Virus record (IMG/VR): IMGVR_UViG_3300045988_064948
Direction: 5' to 3' (one strand)
Length of the DNA: 36,193 bases
Source of the DNA: a virus
Below are positions 21,913-29,511 of the stretch, piece after piece. Both the position numbers and the translations under genes were made by a program. A model generated the notes under the pieces. It made no database searches, was not told the DNA's origin, and worked only from the letters and a program-made list of their open reading frames with translations. Numbering within the stretch: the stretch's first letter is position 1; each line of letters starts with the position of its first letter.

Positions 21913-22703
21913 ACGAAGTCACAGATAAAAACTACATAGTAATTCAATCTTTTATGGTGTCAGAACTGGGCTTAAAAGGAAACGAACTGCTGATATATGC
22001 TATTATATTCGGCTTTTCTCAGACCACGGGGCAGGCATTTCACGGCAGTTTGACATATCTTGAGAGCTGGACTAACAGCACGCGCCCGACGGTTATTTCG
22101 TCTCTCAAATCATTGGTAGAAAAAGGGTTGATAGAGAAAGAAGAGCAGACTATCAATGGCGTTAAGCGTTGCGGCTACTATGTGGTAGACAATTCAACCG
22201 ACGGCAAAGAAACTCCGCAGGGGGTAGTTAAAAATTTTAACGAAGGTAGTAAAAAAACTTTACATGGGGTAGTTAAAAATTTTAACGAAGGTAGTAAAAA
22301 AACTTTACCCAATAATATATTATATAATATAGTTGATAATATAGTAGATAATAATATTGTCGAGAACGCCGAAAAGCATGACATGAAAGTCATAACAGAA
22401 ATAGTCGACTATCTGAATGAGAAAGCTCATAAGAATTACAGGTCTTACAACAAGGAAACAATTAGACATATTAACGCAAGACTGAACGAGGGTCGCACCT
22501 TGTCAGATTTTAAACAGGTGATAGACAACAGATGCGCTTCATGGCTTGGTACAGACATGGAGCAATACCTGCGACCAAAAACGCTGTTTAGCTCAAACTT
22601 CGAGAGCTACTTGAACGCACCCGAGCCAAAACGCAGAGGGTCAGATGGGCGACTATTAGGCGAAAAATCAAACGGCTGGGAATTTGTATTCGGAGATGAT
22701 TAA
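21909..22703 (+). CDS. Replisome organizer / replication initiator 2 (winged-helix N-terminus, same C-terminal domain), containing the putative origin
   Basis: N-terminus ...LKGNELLIYAIIFGFSQ...TRPTVISSLKSLVEKGLIEKEE. C-terminus IVDYLNEKAHKNYRSYNKETIRHINARLNEGRTLSDFKQVIDNRCASW...YLRPKTLFS.NFESYLN. Confidence 0.7.
   Translation: MNEVTDKNYIVIQSFMVSELGLKGNELLIYAIIFGFSQTTGQAFHGSLTYLESWTNSTRPTVISSLKSLVEKGLIEKEEQTINGVKRCGYYVVDNSTDGKETPQGVVKNFNEGSKKTLHGVVKNFNEGSKKTLPNNILYNIVDNIVDNNIVENAEKHDMKVITEIVDYLNEKAHKNYRSYNKETIRHINARLNEGRTLSDFKQVIDNRCASWLGTDMEQYLRPKTLFSSNFESYLNAPEPKRRGSDGRLLGEKSNGWEFVFGDD
22221..22308. repeat. Two perfect 43-bp direct repeats (period 45 bp), each with two GGTAGTWAAAAA sub-repeats: putative iterons
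   Basis: GGGGTAGTTAAAAATTTTAACGAAGGTAGTAAAAAAACTTTAC occurs at 22221-22263 and 22266-22308. Sub-repeats start at 22223, 22245, 22268 and 22290. Confidence 0.9.
22309..22358. other. AT-rich segment adjacent to the iterons (putative DNA unwinding element)
   Basis: CCAATAATATATTATATAATATAGTTGATAATATAGTAGATAATAATATTG is about 85% A+T and has short GATAATA repeats. Confidence 0.5.
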
Positions 22704-22704
22704 C

Positions 22705-23538
22705 ATGTTTGACGAACTTATCAATGAACTTGAACAAAAATCAAAAGAAGCTATCAAAAAGAATGAGGGCGACTATATTGAAAGCAATCTGCTGCACTGT
22801 GGCAAATGTCACACGCCGAAGCAGTGCGAGGTTATCATCTGCGGCAAGCTTCGCCGTCCGTACTGCTTGTGTAAATGCGAGTCCGAGCGTGTTAAAGCAG
22901 AAGAGCAGGAAAAGAAACAGCGCGAAAGAGAAGCAAAGAAAGCCAAAAGGATAGAGATTGCGTTTGACGATTCGACGATGCGCGAAATGACTTTTGCAAA
23001 AGACGACAAGCTGAACCCGAAGCTGTCGAACGCATTTGAAAAGTATGTTAAAGACTTCGCGGCAATGCGTGACAGAGGGCAAGGGCTTTTGCTGTTCGGG
23101 AAAGTCGGATGCGGGAAAACTTTTTACGCGGCGGCTATCGCGAACGCTTTACTTGATAAAGGCTATTCGGTCAGGTTTACCAATTTTGCGCGAATAGCAA
23201 ACGAACTCGGAGCTACCTTTGACAAGCAGAATATATTTGACGAGTTAAACAGTTATAGCCTGCTGGTGCTGGACGACCTCGCAGCAGAAAGAAAAACGGA
23301 GTATATGGCGGAAGTTGTGTACAATGTCATAGATGCGCGATATCGCGCAGGACTGCCGATAATCATAACAACTAACCTGACGAGAGAGGAGCTGCTGTAT
23401 CCTGCAACGATAACAGAGCGACGCATATATGACCGCATCCTCGAAAAGTGTGTAGCGATAGAGGTCAAAAACGAAAACCGCAGACAAAAGGATTTAGGCA
23501 AGAGTCAAAAAGAAATGCGCGAATTTTTAGGATTATAA
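22705..23538 (+). CDS. DnaC/IstB-like helicase loader ATPase with an N-terminal zinc-ribbon segment
   Basis: Walker A FGKVGCGKT, Walker B LLVLDDL, plus CGKCHTP...CLCKC. Confidence 0.8.
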   Translation: MFDELINELEQKSKEAIKKNEGDYIESNLLHCGKCHTPKQCEVIICGKLRRPYCLCKCESERVKAEEQEKKQREREAKKAKRIEIAFDDSTMREMTFAKDDKLNPKLSNAFEKYVKDFAAMRDRGQGLLLFGKVGCGKTFYAAAIANALLDKGYSVRFTNFARIANELGATFDKQNIFDELNSYSLLVLDDLAAERKTEYMAEVVYNVIDARYRAGLPIIITTNLTREELLYPATITERRIYDRILEKCVAIEVKNENRRQKDLGKSQKEMREFLGL

Positions 23539-23550
23539 GCAAAAAAGCTA

Positions 23551-23579
23551 TTGACAAAAGCGACGCAATGATATATAAT
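23551..23579 (+). promoter_or_regulatory. Promoter of the conserved AAAAAAGCTATTGACAA...ATATATAATATA class
   Basis: TTGACA at 23551-23556, 17-nt spacer, TATAAT at 23574-23579. Confidence 0.7.
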
Positions 23580-23601
23580 ATAATAAAAGGAGGCAAACAA
23601 A

Positions 23602-24012
23602 ATGAAGATAGTTTTAGACGAGGGAGCTTTTAAGCCTTACAAGGCGCATCCCGAAGATGCAGGATTTGACCTCATGTCAAGAGAGTGTCAGATAGTCCCA
23701 GAGCGGGGAAGCGCAATATTTGACACAGGCGTACATATCGAGATACCGCAGGGATATGTCGGATTTCTCAAGAGCAAGAGCGGGCTTAATGTCAAGCGCG
23801 GAATAACAAGCGAGGGCGTTATTGACGCAGGCTATACAGGCAGTATTTGCGTAAAATTGTACAACAACGCCCTGATTCCCTACTTAGTCAAAAAGGGCGA
23901 TAAGATAACGCAACTCGTCATTTTGCCGATTTACAGCGACGAGCTCGAAGTCGTCGATAGTCTCGACGAGACGGCACGCGGTAATAACGGATTCGGTTCA
24001 AGCGGGAGGTAA
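23602..24012 (+). CDS. dut: dUTP diphosphatase
   Basis: Motifs AGFDL, GLNVKRGITSEGVIDAGYTG and RGNNGFGSSG. Confidence 0.9.
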   Translation: MKIVLDEGAFKPYKAHPEDAGFDLMSRECQIVPERGSAIFDTGVHIEIPQGYVGFLKSKSGLNVKRGITSEGVIDAGYTGSICVKLYNNALIPYLVKKGDKITQLVILPIYSDELEVVDSLDETARGNNGFGSSGR

Positions 24013-24017
24013 ACAAA

Positions 24018-24233
24018 ATGACCCTTGAAATAAAACAACTCAACGCCACTGCTCCGTATTTTTTGGGCGGAGTTCAAAAAATCACAGACAAAACCGAGTA
24101 TGGCGACGGACATTTCGCAATAACCATTTTCGACAGGCGAATATTCGTAGCATCGTGTTTTGAGTATGTTAAAGATGTTGAAAAAGAAAAATACTATGTA
24201 AAAATGGGAAAATGGGTAGGTGGCGAAAAATGA
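24018..24233 (+). CDS. Hypothetical protein (71 aa)
   Basis: GGGAGG RBS. No motifs recognised. Confidence 0.5.
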   Translation: MTLEIKQLNATAPYFLGGVQKITDKTEYGDGHFAITIFDRRIFVASCFEYVKDVEKEKYYVKMGKWVGGEK

Positions 24234-24282
24234 ACAAAGTGTGCATCGGAACAGCGTAACAAGATACAGGAGATGAATAATT

Positions 24283-24459
24283 ATGTTTGAAGTTAATTAC
24301 AAGGACAACGCCGGAATATGGCAGGATTCCCCGGTTTACGCCGTTGACGAGAAAAACTCGCGCTTTTTACTTGTCAATGATAACGGACGATTTTTTTGGA
24401 TAGAGATAAGCAAATGCCGCGAAGGAGGGAGCGAGTGCTATTATTATGATGAAGATTAA
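24283..24459 (+). CDS. Hypothetical protein (58 aa)
   Basis: AGGAG upstream. MFEVNYKDNAGIWQDSPVYAVDEKNSRFLLVNDNGRFFWIEISKCREGGSECYYYDED. Below the track cut-off. Confidence 0.4.
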   Translation: MFEVNYKDNAGIWQDSPVYAVDEKNSRFLLVNDNGRFFWIEISKCREGGSECYYYDED

Positions 24460-24793
24460 AAATGCTATAACCCCGTCTGCTGAACGGCAGGAAGTGAAAA
24501 ACACGACTTGCAAAGATTGTTTACACAGTGAAGTTTGCCATATGCGGGAAGTCTGCAACGACATTGAAGAGCAAATAAAAGAGTTGGGCTGTATGGATTT
24601 TATTGCTCGCTCTGATGCACAAGAGATTAAACATGGCAAATGGGTAAAGGACGATTCGGACGGTTGCTATTGTTCAGTTTGCGAGTGGTACGCTGACTAC
24701 GACTATGATTATGTCACCAACAACGGGTTAGGCAATGATGATTTTAACTATTGTCCGCACTGCGGCGCAAAAATGGACGGAGGTAAAGAATGA
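24446..24793 (+). CDS. Zinc-ribbon paralogue P1 (QEIKHGKW ... YCPHCGAKMDGG family)
   Basis: Shares the DAQEIKHGKW box and the C-terminal CPHCGAKMDGG with P2-P4. Confidence 0.65.
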   Translation: MMKIKNAITPSAERQEVKNTTCKDCLHSEVCHMREVCNDIEEQIKELGCMDFIARSDAQEIKHGKWVKDDSDGCYCSVCEWYADYDYDYVTNNGLGNDDFNYCPHCGAKMDGGKE

Positions 24794-25092
24794 GCGATTA
24801 TATTGACCGTGCTGCACTCGGGATAGGCTTGTGTAACCGAGATGTTTTTGAAAACAAGGGTTATGCGGACGGCTGGAATGCCGCTGTTAAAATTTTAAAA
24901 GAAGCTCCCGTTGCTGATGTGCAAGAAATTAAACACGGTAAATGGAAGCTGTGCTATGAAGATTGGAGAAGGCAAATCGCGGGCGATGAGTGCTCCGCTT
25001 GTGGGTTCCAGCATTACGGGACGTGTATATCGCACTATCATTACTGCCCCAACTGCGGCGCAAAAATGGACGGAGGTAATAACAATGCGTGA
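24790..25092 (+). CDS. Zinc-ribbon paralogue P2
   Basis: MSDYIDRAALG...APVADVQEIKHGKW...YCPNCGAKMDGG. The N-terminal ~52 aa are ~80% identical to P4. Confidence 0.7.
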   Translation: MSDYIDRAALGIGLCNRDVFENKGYADGWNAAVKILKEAPVADVQEIKHGKWKLCYEDWRRQIAGDECSACGFQHYGTCISHYHYCPNCGAKMDGGNNNA

Positions 25093-25378
25093 GATACTTT
25101 TTCGTGGAAAAGGCGATAAAAAATATAATGGTGGTATGTGGTATTTCGGTGTGCCTATTCGCTGTTATGACGGCGACTGGCAGATTTGCACCGATAATAG
25201 CAAAAGGACGGTAATACCTGAAACGATAGGGCAGTACACAGGTCTTAAAGATAAAAACGGCACAAAGATTTTTGAGGGCGATATGGTTATGTTTCCAATT
25301 TCAGATGAGCAACATACAAAGTGTGATTATGGAACAGTCATCGGTAATATCCACGATAATAAGTTGGAGGATTTTTAA
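25085..25378 (+). CDS. YopX-family protein, copy 1
   Basis: MREILFRGK...ETIGQYTGLKDKNGTKIFEGDMV...GNIHDN is typical of YopX. The ATG lies 8 nt after GGAGG. Confidence 0.75.
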   Translation: MREILFRGKGDKKYNGGMWYFGVPIRCYDGDWQICTDNSKRTVIPETIGQYTGLKDKNGTKIFEGDMVMFPISDEQHTKCDYGTVIGNIHDNKLEDF

Positions 25379-25379
25379 A

Positions 25380-25715
25380 ATGGACTATAGCGATTGTTTA
25401 GGATATCAGCTTGGATTTTGTCGGTTTAGGTGTACCAAACCTGAAAGCTGTGATAATTTCAAAAGCAAATCGAAGTTAATCGTGTTGCCGTGTAGCGTTG
25501 GAGACACAGTTTGGTATATCACAGGAATAAGACATAATCTAATTAAGCCGGCAAAAATAGAAGAAATTATTATAGGCAAAGACGGCATAAAAGACTTATA
25601 TGTGCAGGGTGATAGTTGCAGTTTTGAAAACTCGTTTGATATTTTTTATACTACCGAAGAAGAGGCACAAAGAGCTCTTAAAGGAGGCAACAAGGAGGTA
25701 ACGGATAATGGCTGA
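25380..25715 (+). CDS. Hypothetical protein, paralogue pair Q1
   Basis: GGAGG RBS. Shares PC.VGDTVW...EEA.RALK with 25708..26115. Confidence 0.6.
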   Translation: MDYSDCLGYQLGFCRFRCTKPESCDNFKSKSKLIVLPCSVGDTVWYITGIRHNLIKPAKIEEIIIGKDGIKDLYVQGDSCSFENSFDIFYTTEEEAQRALKGGNKEVTDNG

Positions 25716-26115
25716 TGCAGACAGAGAACGACTGATTGAAATTCTGAAACTTGATACTTGTCCATCGCCTTATCTTTGCGACGAGAATTGCAAGTATGCG
25801 AACCTTAAACAGTGCTATGAGGAAAGGACGGCAGACTTACTTCTTGAACACGGCGTTATCGTGCCTCCTTGCAAGGTGGGTGATACGGTATGGTGGGTCA
25901 CTGCAATCGTTGACGAAAACTGCGAGGAAAAGCCCGACATTTTGCTTGGCGAGATTGCCAGTTTTTCCATGCAAAAAGAGGGGCTTTGGGCGTTCTGTCG
26001 ATATGTTGGTGGCTTGACTTTTTGGCATTTAGTTTCTGATTATTTCGGTAAAACCGTATTTCTCACCCGTGAAGGGGCAGAACGAGCGTTGAAGGAGCGT
26101 GAAGACAATAGCTGA
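25708..26115 (+). CDS. Hypothetical protein, paralogue pair Q2
   Basis: AGGAGG RBS. PPCKVGDTVWWVT...FGKTVFLTREGAERALKE. Confidence 0.6.
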   Translation: MADADRERLIEILKLDTCPSPYLCDENCKYANLKQCYEERTADLLLEHGVIVPPCKVGDTVWWVTAIVDENCEEKPDILLGEIASFSMQKEGLWAFCRYVGGLTFWHLVSDYFGKTVFLTREGAERALKEREDNS

Positions 26116-26536
26116 ATACATAGAGCGTGAGGCAGTGATTGATGAAATTGAAGGCGCAACTTGGTATCACATAAGTTGTCAAAAAAATTTAGTTGAAGGA
26201 GCTGCGTGTGAAGCTGATGCACTTTATAAAGCCACAGACATTTACAATGTTATAAAGTCAGCTCCCGCCGTAGATGTACAAGAGATTAAACATGGTGAAT
26301 GGATTGAGGATAGCTATTACGATATTCCTTGCGTATGTTCATGTTGCGGAGCGGAAGCGCAATATACAAGCACCTTTAAAGAAACATTTGACTATGATTG
26401 GGAAGAAAACTTATGCCCTACAGGGTACGAAGAAATAAGAGAATATATTAGAACGCCGTTTTGTTCTAATTGCGGCGCGAAAATGGACGGAGGTACGAAT
26501 GATGATAGCAAAAAAAGCGTTAGAGCTTCTGAATGA
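26099..26536 (+). CDS. Zinc-ribbon paralogue P3
   Basis: GTG start in an overlap with the upstream gene. EYIEREAV...APAVDVQEIKHGEW...FCSNCGAKMDGG. Confidence 0.6.
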   Translation: MKTIAEYIEREAVIDEIEGATWYHISCQKNLVEGAACEADALYKATDIYNVIKSAPAVDVQEIKHGEWIEDSYYDIPCVCSCCGAEAQYTSTFKETFDYDWEENLCPTGYEEIREYIRTPFCSNCGAKMDGGTNDDSKKSVRASE

Positions 26537-26789
26537 TGTAGAATTTTCTGAAAAGTATCAAGGCGTACAAGAATATACAGAAATGCTTATCGTGTGCAAA
26601 GAAGCCCTCGAAAAGCAGATACCAAAGAAGCCTTATTTTGGCGAAGCCTTGGGCTATAAAGGCTTTAACGGGTACTTATGTCCGATATGCCGTAATTGGC
26701 TTTTATATCCCGACGAAATACCTAATTCGCGTGATTCATTCTGCTCTTTTTGTGGGCAGAAGATTGACTGGTCGGAGGTAAAAAAATGA
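26499..26789 (+). CDS. Zinc-ribbon protein, paralogue pair R1
   Basis: CKEALEKQIPKKP...CPICRN...FCSFCGQKIDW. Paralogous to 27690..28031. Confidence 0.6.
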   Translation: MMIAKKALELLNDVEFSEKYQGVQEYTEMLIVCKEALEKQIPKKPYFGEALGYKGFNGYLCPICRNWLLYPDEIPNSRDSFCSFCGQKIDWSEVKK

Positions 26790-27112
26790 GTGATTATATT
26801 GACCGCGCGGCGCTTGGAATAGACTTTTGCAGGTGGAATGTTTTTGAAAACAAAAGCTATGTAGATGGTTGGAACGCCGCCATTAAAATTTTAAAAGAAG
26901 CTCCTGCTGCTGATGTACAAGAGATTAAACACGGGAAGTGGATTGAAACTCAAGAACCGTTGGGTTGGTGCGATATTGATTGCGCTGAATGTTCTGTTTG
27001 CCACGAAAGTTGGATTATAGACGAAGATTCAAGCATTGACGATTACGAATGTATGTGGCACTACTGTCCGAACTGCGGCGCAAAAATGGACGGAGAGAAT
27101 AACAATGCGTGA
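26786..27112 (+). CDS. Zinc-ribbon paralogue P4
   Basis: MSDYIDRAALG...APAADVQEIKHGKW...YCPNCGAKMDGE. Confidence 0.7.
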   Translation: MSDYIDRAALGIDFCRWNVFENKSYVDGWNAAIKILKEAPAADVQEIKHGKWIETQEPLGWCDIDCAECSVCHESWIIDEDSSIDDYECMWHYCPNCGAKMDGENNNA

Positions 27113-27515
27113 GATACTTTTTCGTGGCAAAACAATAGGCAACGGTGAATGGGTTGAGGGATATTATTATAAAGCTAAATATTGCAGAACTGACGACGAA
27201 CTTTGTGATTATATTACTGTTCCGCACCCAAAAGAATACAACGAGCCGAGTTCGCACTATATTGTAAACCCTGAAACCGTAGGGCAGTACACAGGTCTCA
27301 AAGATAAAAACGGCACAAAGATTTTTGAGGGCGATATAGTTTTGTTGAAAGGCGATGATGAGCCTTATCAAGTCGTTTTTGATGAATCCTGTTTTCAAGT
27401 TTATAGCGACAGTGTTCGCTATGCTATGGATAACTTTTACGACTACGAGATAGAGGTCATCGGCAATATCTATGATGTCCCCGAGCTATTAGGAGGGAAT
27501 AACAATGTCGAATGA
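27105..27515 (+). CDS. YopX-family protein, copy 2
   Basis: MREILFRGK...ETVGQYTGLKDKNGTKIFEGDIV...GNIYD. Stretches of near nucleotide identity to copy 1. Confidence 0.75.
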   Translation: MREILFRGKTIGNGEWVEGYYYKAKYCRTDDELCDYITVPHPKEYNEPSSHYIVNPETVGQYTGLKDKNGTKIFEGDIVLLKGDDEPYQVVFDESCFQVYSDSVRYAMDNFYDYEIEVIGNIYDVPELLGGNNNVE

Positions 27516-27684
27516 TATTAAAACTGGTGACTTCGTAAAATGCGTTGAAATACCGTATTACGGTGTTTCGGGCGTAGTTATCAAGCAGTATTGTCCTACT
27601 GCTTGCGAAGAGCAGACAATGATAAGATGTATTGACAGCAGGGAGTTTCATGCTCCCACAAGATGTTTTATAAAAGTGGGGTGA
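27505..27684 (+). CDS. Hypothetical protein (59 aa)
   Basis: GGAGGG RBS. MSNDIKTGDFVKCVEIPYYGVSGVVIKQYCPTACEEQTMIRCIDSREFHAPTRCFIKVG. Just below the track cut-off. Confidence 0.45.
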   Translation: MSNDIKTGDFVKCVEIPYYGVSGVVIKQYCPTACEEQTMIRCIDSREFHAPTRCFIKVG

Positions 27685-27689
27685 CGAAA

Positions 27690-28031
27690 ATGACACTTGA
27701 AGAAGCAATCGACATTGTGAAATGTGCAATCGGAGAGGTCGAATGGAATTATCCTCTTGATTACGCTGAAGCGTTTGAAGTTGCGATTGAAGCTCTCGAA
27801 AAGCAGATACCGCGAAAGTGTCGCATTAAGAGCACCGCAAAGTTACAAACTTTTTATTGCCCTACTTGCGAACAGGTTATTGTATCAAGGATTGAAAATG
27901 AGTGGTTAGCAGGGCGATTACAGAAATATTGTGATAGTTGCGGACAGGCGTTAATTTGGGGTGATTATGAAACTCCTGACCCTGATGATTATTGCAGTTG
28001 CGGAGAATTGAAGGAGGGTGACACGGAATGA
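27690..28031 (+). CDS. Zinc-ribbon protein, paralogue pair R2
   Basis: AFEVAIEALEKQIPRK...CPTCEQ...YCDSCGQALIW. Confidence 0.6.
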   Translation: MTLEEAIDIVKCAIGEVEWNYPLDYAEAFEVAIEALEKQIPRKCRIKSTAKLQTFYCPTCEQVIVSRIENEWLAGRLQKYCDSCGQALIWGDYETPDPDDYCSCGELKEGDTE

Positions 28032-28726
28032 AACCTATCTATATACCGAAAGGAAAAGCAAGGGAATACGGAGATTACGCAATAAACATTTATACAGGAT
28101 GTCCGCACAGGTGTTATTACTGTTTCGCACCAAATGTTTTGCGTCGCGACCGTGAATTATTCCACAGCAATATAACCCCACGAGAAAACATTGTGGAGGA
28201 AACGGCAAAACAAATTGCGCGTGAGAACATAACAGGAAAGCTTATACATCTTTGCTTTACCTGCGACTCGTACCCGACAGGATATGACAGTACACCTACA
28301 AGGGAAATAATTAAAATACTTAAAGATAGCGGCAATAATGTGCAGATTTTAACCAAGGGTGACGGCAACCGTGATTTTGACTTGCTTGATGAAAATGACT
28401 GGTATGGAATAACTCTTGACGGAATAAAAGGTTGTTGCAAAGCGCCCTATCGGGAAAGGCTAAATAGTCTTGCCGAAGCACATAACAGAGGCGTAAAAAC
28501 TTGGGTGTCGTTTGAGCCTGTAACCGACGGCGAACAATTTTTTATTGACCTGCACCGTGTCTCATTTGTTGATAAGGTCAAAATCGGCAAACTGAACTAT
28601 CACCCCTCAAACATTGATTGGAAAGACTTCGGCAAAAAAGCAGAGGACTTATGTAAAAAGTTAAACATTGACTATTACATAAAAGATAGTTTAAGAGCTG
28701 AAATGGAAGGTGATGCCAATGGCTGA
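28028..28726 (+). CDS. Radical SAM domain protein (short, SplB/COG1533-like N-terminus)
   Basis: The CX3CX2C cluster motif in NIYTGCPHRCYYCFAP lies near the N-terminus. 232 aa; GGAGGG RBS. Confidence 0.65.
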   Translation: MKPIYIPKGKAREYGDYAINIYTGCPHRCYYCFAPNVLRRDRELFHSNITPRENIVEETAKQIARENITGKLIHLCFTCDSYPTGYDSTPTREIIKILKDSGNNVQILTKGDGNRDFDLLDENDWYGITLDGIKGCCKAPYRERLNSLAEAHNRGVKTWVSFEPVTDGEQFFIDLHRVSFVDKVKIGKLNYHPSNIDWKDFGKKAEDLCKKLNIDYYIKDSLRAEMEGDANG

Positions 28727-29147
28727 TGCAGACAGATGTATATGCTGCGGAGAGATAGTCCCCGAAGGTCGGCAAATATGTCCGCAATGCGAGCGCAAAA
28801 GGTACATCTACACTATTCCTGATATCCCGCCGTCGTTAAACAAGTTCGCAGGGCGCGAGAATGTATGGGCGTACAGAGCGGACAAAAAGCAGTGGGAAGC
28901 TCTGTGCGCGGCGTACTGCCGCCCGAAGCCGTCCGAGCCGATTAAAAAGTGCGTTGTCAGAATTACATACTTTTTCCGCACAAGGCAGCGGCACGACCCC
29001 GACAACTACAACGGCAAATTTATCCTCGACGGCTTGCGCGAAGCGGGAATAATTGAAGATGACAGCTTTTCAAATGTCGAGCTTCAGCTGTGCGGGAGCT
29101 ATGACAAAGAAAACCCGCGAACAGAAATAACAGTAAAGGAGCTTTAA
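28719..29147 (+). CDS. rusA: RusA-family Holliday junction resolvase with an N-terminal zinc ribbon
   Basis: CICCGE...CPQC is followed by ...RHDPDNYNGKFILDGLREAGIIEDDS, the RusA catalytic Asp motif pattern. An alternative ATG is at 28710. Confidence 0.75.
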   Translation: MADADRCICCGEIVPEGRQICPQCERKRYIYTIPDIPPSLNKFAGRENVWAYRADKKQWEALCAAYCRPKPSEPIKKCVVRITYFFRTRQRHDPDNYNGKFILDGLREAGIIEDDSFSNVELQLCGSYDKENPRTEITVKEL

Positions 29148-29149
29148 AA

Positions 29150-29509
29150 ATGGATTGCAACAAAACGATAGACTTCTTTGCCGAACTTAAAAGACTTTGT
29201 AATTCACGCACAAGGTGCACAACTGATGCGGCTAACAAAGAGCAATGCCCGATGTTTGGGTTTTGTGAGCGCGCGCTCACAAAAATCTGCGTCGAAGATG
29301 CTATGAAGTTAGTTGAGGTTATACAAAAATGGAGCAACGAACACCCAAAGAAAACATACGCACAGGATTTTTTTGAAAAGTTCCCAAAAGCACCCAAGGA
29401 CAAATCATTTAAAGAAAAATGTCCTTGGGTGTGTCGAATGGGAATATACGGCGGAGAGTGTCCGGGGGCAGGCTGCGATGAATGCTGGAACGAACCAATG
29501 GAGGAATAA
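29150..29509 (+). CDS. Cys-rich hypothetical protein
   Basis: 119 aa. AAGGAG RBS. ...WSNEHPKKTYAQDFFEKFP...CDECWNEP. Confidence 0.55.
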   Translation: MDCNKTIDFFAELKRLCNSRTRCTTDAANKEQCPMFGFCERALTKICVEDAMKLVEVIQKWSNEHPKKTYAQDFFEKFPKAPKDKSFKEKCPWVCRMGIYGGECPGAGCDECWNEPMEE

Positions 29510-29511
29510 CA

